Shown in pieces: positions 27,154-32,000 of a stretch of DNA of 32,000 nucleotides. How positions within the stretch are numbered: the first letter of the stretch is position 1; each line of letters opens with the position of its first letter. The stretch is from Nostoc sp. PCC 7120 = FACHB-418 (GTDB taxonomy: Bacteria; Cyanobacteriota; Cyanobacteriia; Cyanobacteriales; Nostocaceae), in assembly GCF_000009705.1 (NCBI RefSeq), contig NC_003272.1, positions 4,260,001 to 4,292,000 of the forward strand, given 5' to 3'. Made by a program: the position numbers and the translations under genes. A model generated the notes under the pieces. It made no database searches. It had not been told where the DNA came from and was given only the letters and a program-made list of their open reading frames with translations.

Positions 27154-28521
27154 TTACTTAACCCAAACGGTTTTAACATTAACGAACTCGTGTATGCCTT
27201 GAATGCTTAATTCTCGGCCATACCCAGAACGTTTTATGCCTCCAAATGGTAGTCTGGGGTCGGATTTTACTAAACCATTAATAAATACTGCGCCTGCTTC
27301 AATTTCGGAAATCAGGCGATCGCGTTCTTGGTCGTTATTTGTCCAAGCACTTGCACCTAAACCAAAGGGTGTAGCATTAGCCAGTTGAATTGCTGTATCG
27401 ATATCTGGGACACGGAATAACAACGCCACTGGGCCAAAAAATTCTTCTTGGGCAATGGGCTGATCAACTGGGATATCTATGATAATTGTGGCTGGGTAAA
27501 AGTTGCCAGGACGATCTGCTAAAGGATAGCCACCGGTCAAGACTTTGCCGCCACTTTTAACGGCAGTTTGTACTTGTTGGTCTAAATCTTGGAGGATATC
27601 GGGGGTTGCTAGTGGCCCTAAGTCTGTGTCTGGATGTAAGGGGTCGCCAATTTTTAGCGCTGTGAATTTTTCTAACAGCAACTTTTCAAATTGATCGGCG
27701 ATCGCTTCTGCCACAATGAAGCGTTTCGCGGCAATACAAGATTGTCCGTTATTTAACATCCTTGCTGATGTAGCTGTAGCGGCGGCTGCTTCTACATCAG
27801 CACTTTCTAACACAATAAATGGGTCACTTCCCCCCAATTCCAAGACTGTTTTTTTAATTTGTTTTCCCGCCGCCGCCGCTAGAGATGCGCCGGCTGGTTC
27901 GCTTCCGGTTAAGGTAGCAGCTTTTACTCGCTCATCAGCGATTAAATCGGCAACTTTCGCTGCACCGATTAATAGAGTTTGAAATACACCTTTAGGAAAA
28001 CCTGCCCGGTGGATAATATCTTCGATGGCTAAAGCGCACTGTGGTACATTCGATGCGTGTTTGAGTAAGCCCACATTACCCGCCATGAGTGCGGGTGCAG
28101 CAAAGCGGAACACTTGCCAGAAGGGAAAATTCCACGGCATGACTGCCAAAATTATCCCCAAGGGCTGATAGCGGACAAAGCTATGACTAGCATCAGTTTT
28201 TACACTGACATCAGCCAGAAAATCGGCGGCATTTTCCGCATAGTAGCGGCAAACAGCAGCACATTTTTCGACTTCGGCAATGGCTGCTTTGTAAGGCTTG
28301 CCCATTTCCAAAGTCATTAACTTCGCAAAGTCAGCTTTTTCTTGCTCCAGTATATTTGCGGCTGCTTGCAGAGCTTGCGATCGCTCTGCAAAACTCGTAT
28401 GACGGTACTTTTCAAAAGCCTGGTCTGCCAAATCTAATTTAGCGGCAATTTCTACATCGTTAAGCGGCTCAAAGGTTTTGAGCGTTTCCCCAGTGGCGGG
28501 ATTGATGGTGGCGATCGCCAT
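27154..28521 (-). CDS. gabD: Succinate-semialdehyde dehydrogenase (aldehyde dehydrogenase superfamily)
   Basis: 455 aa. ALDH catalytic Glu context VLELGGSDP and Cys context NNGQSCIAAKRF. N-terminus MAIATINPATGETL is typical of the SSADH subfamily. Confidence 0.85.
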   Translation of the reverse strand: MAIATINPATGETLKTFEPLNDVEIAAKLDLADQAFEKYRHTSFAERSQALQAAANILEQEKADFAKLMTLEMGKPYKAAIAEVEKCAAVCRYYAENAADFLADVSVKTDASHSFVRYQPLGIILAVMPWNFPFWQVFRFAAPALMAGNVGLLKHASNVPQCALAIEDIIHRAGFPKGVFQTLLIGAAKVADLIADERVKAATLTGSEPAGASLAAAAGKQIKKTVLELGGSDPFIVLESADVEAAAATATSARMLNNGQSCIAAKRFIVAEAIADQFEKLLLEKFTALKIGDPLHPDTDLGPLATPDILQDLDQQVQTAVKSGGKVLTGGYPLADRPGNFYPATIIIDIPVDQPIAQEEFFGPVALLFRVPDIDTAIQLANATPFGLGASAWTNNDQERDRLISEIEAGAVFINGLVKSDPRLPFGGIKRSGYGRELSIQGIHEFVNVKTVWVK

Positions 28522-28647
28522 TGCCTAACCTCCCGTTTAAAAATAGCTTGAGGTAGCTTCTTAGTGTTACACATATTTTCCCAAGGAGGCTACCACCCAA
28601 ATTTTAATCTTTTGGACAAAATTTAGTTGCTATATTTAAAAGCTTGC

Positions 28648-31600
28648 TCAACGAGTGAGAATTGGTAAAGTGATAACAAACTCAGTCCCTGCACCGAGTT
28701 GAGAATTTACAAATAGTGAACCATTGTGTTTTTCTATGACAATTTGACTGGCGATCGCTAGTCCTAGACCTGTACCTTTACCAACGGCTTTCGTAGTAAA
28801 TAAGTGGTCAAATATTTTCTGTTTCACTTGTTCACTCATGCCAATCCCATTATCGGCGATGATGATTTTAACTTGGTCATTGTGGACTGAGGTGGTAATT
28901 GTAATTTGCTTAGGATGAGTTTTTATCTCCTCAAAAGTTTGTCCTTTGTTTGCTGCTTCTAATGCGTCAATAGCATTGGCGAGAAGATTCATAAACACCT
29001 GGTTTAATTGCCCAGGAAAACATTCAATTTGAGGTAAATTCCCGTAATCAGTGATCACCTCAATGGCGGGACGTTGTTCATTAGCTTTGAGTCGATGCTT
29101 AAGAATGAGAATGCTACTGTCTATACCTTCGTGGACATTAAAGCGTACTTTATAGTCTGTATCGGCGCGGGAGAAAGTTCTTAAGCTGGTGCTGATATTT
29201 TTTAGTCTGTCGCCAGCCATCACCATTGCATCTATCATCTTCGGCAAATCTTCTAAGCTATAATCTAAGTCAATTTCTTCAGCGTGATTAATAATTTCTG
29301 CACTTTTGTGGGGGAAATTGGCTTGGTATAATCTGAGATGTTCGGCAATATCGGCAATTGTGGGTTTAGCTTGTTCTAAAGTAGCGGCAATAAAACCTAA
29401 AGGATTATTCATTTCATGGGCTACTCCAGCCACTAAATTACCCAAAGCAGACATTTTCTCGCTTTGGATAATTTGTAACTGAGCTGTTTGTAAATCTTGT
29501 AATGCTTGTTGAGCTTTTTGATAAAGGCAAGCATTTTCTAGAGATATAGCTGCTTGAGAGGAAAGTAAGTTAATTACTTGCAAGCGTTCTAGGGTAAATA
29601 CTCCGGAGGTAATTTGATTCTCCAAATATAAAATGCCTACTAAATTGCTTTGTTTAATAATTGGCTGACATAATACACTTTTCGGTTGATGTTTGAGGAG
29701 ATATTGATCTATTAGCCCAGGAATATCTATTTGATAATTATCGATTACTAGAGTTTCTAGGGTATTTTTAGCGTAATTAATAATTGTTCCAGGGATATGT
29801 TGACAAGTATCAATTGGTTCTGAAAGTAGAATGTTTTGAATTTTTCCTTCTGGTTTGTTCTCATAACTAATAAAAGTAATTGCCCGAACATACCAAGCAT
29901 TATCTTGGGGGAGGATTAAAACAATCTTTTTAGCTCCAGAAATTTCGAGGATAATTTTCGTCAAATTGACAATTAATTCTTCTAAGTCGATGGTGCTGGA
30001 TATGGCTTGAGCAGCTTTGAGGACAGAAGTAAAATCTAGGATATCAGAAATACTAGTGCTACTTGTGCCGGCAGTGTCAGTTGAGATGGCGATGGTGCTG
30101 CGGTTAATCGGTGCAATAGTTTCTAAGGGATTAAAGTTGAGTTGTCGCCGTTGCAAGATGGGTTTAAGCAGTTGGGGGTAGAGTTTTTCTAAGTCATCAA
30201 TTTTAGCTTTTGCGCCCCAACGTGCGTAACAATAATAGGCTTCCTGCATATATATCTGGGCAACTTTGTCTTTGCCCCAGTCCAGGTAAAATGTAGCTGC
30301 TAGCTCATTGCTGAGTGCTTCTTCTTGAATATAGTGGTATTTTTTGGCTCCGGAGATAGCGCGATCGTAATATTCAATTGCTGAGGTTTTTTCACCCAAA
30401 ACTCGATATCTTTCTGCTGCCACTAAATCAAGCTTATGCTGGTGATTCATGGGTGCATATTGCGCCCATTGGTGTAACTTGGCTTGGTTTTCTGCAACGT
30501 ACTGTAATGTGGCTGATACCTCATCTGAATTTTGTCTCAACTGTGTTAGAGCAATCAGAGAATCATAGAGATAAAATACGGGTTCACAGAATAGTCCAGC
30601 CGCAGCCATTAAATGATCTCTAATCTCAATGGTAATGCTTTTCGCTATCTCAATTTCGCCAAACAAGTAGCACAGCATCAGCTTGTACAAAGAGAAAATA
30701 TACAACCCATACCCATCATTAGCAGCCATTAACAGAGGTATAAATTCTGGCTCTTGCAAGGCTTCCCCAGACAAGATGCTGGGATGGGCTGCAAAACCAA
30801 GTAAATTTAGTGTAGATTGCCAATAAATGCGGACATAATTGGCTGTTGTCACTTGATTGAGTTGCCCCAACTCATGGCAGTAGGCGCGAGCATCTTCTTG
30901 TAAAGTGGCAAGGTGCTGACCACACCAAAAAGAATGGCTACAAAAATTGTGGGCATGATGACCGGCAAACTCTAGGTTGCCCACTTCTAGAGCGATCGCA
31001 TAGCCTTTTTGCAAGAGTGGTAAAATTTCTTGGACATGAGATTTGCGTTGTAAAATATACAATGCCAAAATGAGCAAAACTTGGGGTTGAATCGCCTTAG
31101 CATCCACTTTCGACACTATTTGCAGTGCTAGTTGACCAAACTCTGTTGCTGTATCCACATCTTGCAAAACATTACACAGCAGCACACCATAAGTACTATA
31201 GATATACCCTGTAGCTGGTGTATTTCCGTATTGGATGGATATTTTGACTAACAGCAAAGTGATTAATGGGAACAGGGGAGAGCCGGAGAGGTAAGCCACT
31301 GTCATGATGCTACTGGCAATCTGGACAATGGCAACTTTCTCCTCATCTGTGATGATGGGTAGGTGAACCAAATCTGCAATTGCTCTGTCACCAATCAGTT
31401 CCCTAATCTCTTGGATTTCCTGTTGAATAACTGCTGGTGTGGGTGCTTCAGCAAAGGTTACCCCCAACTGTTGTAAGATTTTTTGGGCGATCGCAATTGC
31501 TTCGGCAAATTTATTCTGGGAGATATAAGCTTGAATCCTAATGCGGTAAACGTTAACCTGTTCAATTAAAGTGTGCGCCTGGGTGGTAACAACATTAATG

Positions 31601-32000
31601 AACTGTTCCATCTGTGCAAATTCACCGCGCAGAGAAGCGACTTCCGCCGCAAATTCATGTAGAGTCAAGGCGATTTTATACTGGCGCTGCCAAGCATTCT
31701 TGCCCAACAATGACAACCCCACGGCGATATATTCATGAGCCGCTTGATAAGCTGTGGCACTCCTAGCTTTACGACAAGCAGTAAGATTGAGTTGTGCTAA
31801 TTCATCTCGTTCTGTTTGTTGGGTAATTAAAGCAATTCCGTAATTGAGTTGATTGACCAGTGCAAAAATTCGCTCTTCTCTAGCGACTGGGGAAATCTGT
31901 TTTAACAGCAGTTGTCCGATTTGGTAATGAGTCGCTTGTTTTTGGTCTTGGGGAATCAAAGAATAAGCAGCTTGTTGGACGCGATCGTGTAGGAATCGAT
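28648..32000 (-). CDS. C-terminal ~1117 aa of a giant multidomain sensor kinase (AAA/TPR-like region, GAF, HisKA, HATPase_c). The 5' end lies beyond the right edge.
   Basis: The track ORF starts at TTG 31959, but the frame stays open to nt 32000 (RFLHDRVQQAAYSLIPQDQKQATHYQIGQLLL...). That motif occurs in the ATPase/TPR part of Ser/Thr-kinase-histidine-kinase fusion proteins. GAF-like segment around LDFTSVLKAAQAISSTIDLEELI. H-box AGVAHEMNNPLGFI. N-box NLLANAIDA. G-boxes DNGIGM and GKGTGLGLA. Confidence 0.85.
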   Translation of the reverse strand, partial: RFLHDRVQQAAYSLIPQDQKQATHYQIGQLLLKQISPVAREERIFALVNQLNYGIALITQQTERDELAQLNLTACRKARSATAYQAAHEYIAVGLSLLGKNAWQRQYKIALTLHEFAAEVASLRGEFAQMEQFINVVTTQAHTLIEQVNVYRIRIQAYISQNKFAEAIAIAQKILQQLGVTFAEAPTPAVIQQEIQEIRELIGDRAIADLVHLPIITDEEKVAIVQIASSIMTVAYLSGSPLFPLITLLLVKISIQYGNTPATGYIYSTYGVLLCNVLQDVDTATEFGQLALQIVSKVDAKAIQPQVLLILALYILQRKSHVQEILPLLQKGYAIALEVGNLEFAGHHAHNFCSHSFWCGQHLATLQEDARAYCHELGQLNQVTTANYVRIYWQSTLNLLGFAAHPSILSGEALQEPEFIPLLMAANDGYGLYIFSLYKLMLCYLFGEIEIAKSITIEIRDHLMAAAGLFCEPVFYLYDSLIALTQLRQNSDEVSATLQYVAENQAKLHQWAQYAPMNHQHKLDLVAAERYRVLGEKTSAIEYYDRAISGAKKYHYIQEEALSNELAATFYLDWGKDKVAQIYMQEAYYCYARWGAKAKIDDLEKLYPQLLKPILQRRQLNFNPLETIAPINRSTIAISTDTAGTSSTSISDILDFTSVLKAAQAISSTIDLEELIVNLTKIILEISGAKKIVLILPQDNAWYVRAITFISYENKPEGKIQNILLSEPIDTCQHIPGTIINYAKNTLETLVIDNYQIDIPGLIDQYLLKHQPKSVLCQPIIKQSNLVGILYLENQITSGVFTLERLQVINLLSSQAAISLENACLYQKAQQALQDLQTAQLQIIQSEKMSALGNLVAGVAHEMNNPLGFIAATLEQAKPTIADIAEHLRLYQANFPHKSAEIINHAEEIDLDYSLEDLPKMIDAMVMAGDRLKNISTSLRTFSRADTDYKVRFNVHEGIDSSILILKHRLKANEQRPAIEVITDYGNLPQIECFPGQLNQVFMNLLANAIDALEAANKGQTFEEIKTHPKQITITTSVHNDQVKIIIADNGIGMSEQVKQKIFDHLFTTKAVGKGTGLGLAIASQIVIEKHNGSLFVNSQLGAGTEFVITLPILTR

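Overview
This window is a chromosomal segment from a heterocyst-forming cyanobacterium of the Nostoc/Anabaena type. The evidence is dense HIP1 octamers (GCGATCGC), STRR-type heptamer repeats at gene ends, and the gene content. From memory only, the gene order matches the Nostoc sp. PCC 7120 region around hetF (alr3546) through ppx (all3552) and SSADH (all3556). I could not run a search to confirm this.

Most of the window is housekeeping or conserved genes:
- ribBA (partial), argC, eno, thiD
- an S8 subtilase and a thioredoxin-like protein
- two sensor histidine kinases, one of them the C-terminal 1117 aa of a giant multidomain kinase that runs off the right edge
- a DUF2141 protein, a DMT/EamA transporter, ppx and a UbiA-family prenyltransferase
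- the 2-oxoglutarate decarboxylase + succinic-semialdehyde dehydrogenase pair (cyanobacterial TCA bypass)

The outstanding feature is the 2.2-kb ORF-free gap between the thioredoxin-like gene and hetF. It holds a head-to-tail array (11644-13278) of about 13 small cassettes. Ten of them are complete minus-strand units: a TCCGGA promoter motif, exactly 22 nt, a ~62-nt conserved RNA body, then a GC-rich hairpin with a U6-7 tail. I recognise this as the published NsiR1 (nitrogen-stress-induced RNA 1) array, transcribed divergently from or antisense to the hetF leader. It is remarkable but not new.

Less obvious observations:
- mosaic variants among seven near-identical 132/133-bp units
- a promoter-sharing NsiR1 dimer at the distal end of the array
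- start-codon ambiguity in hetF
- an A7 tract where a 1-nt change would fuse a PG-binding/TM ORF to an overlapping HEAT-repeat ORF
- a 42-bp perfect palindrome in the ppx/ubiA divergent region
- an AT-rich orphan-gene islet bracketed by inverted 24-bp palindromic repeats

I could not recognise any rRNA, tRNA, CRISPR array, cas gene or transposase.
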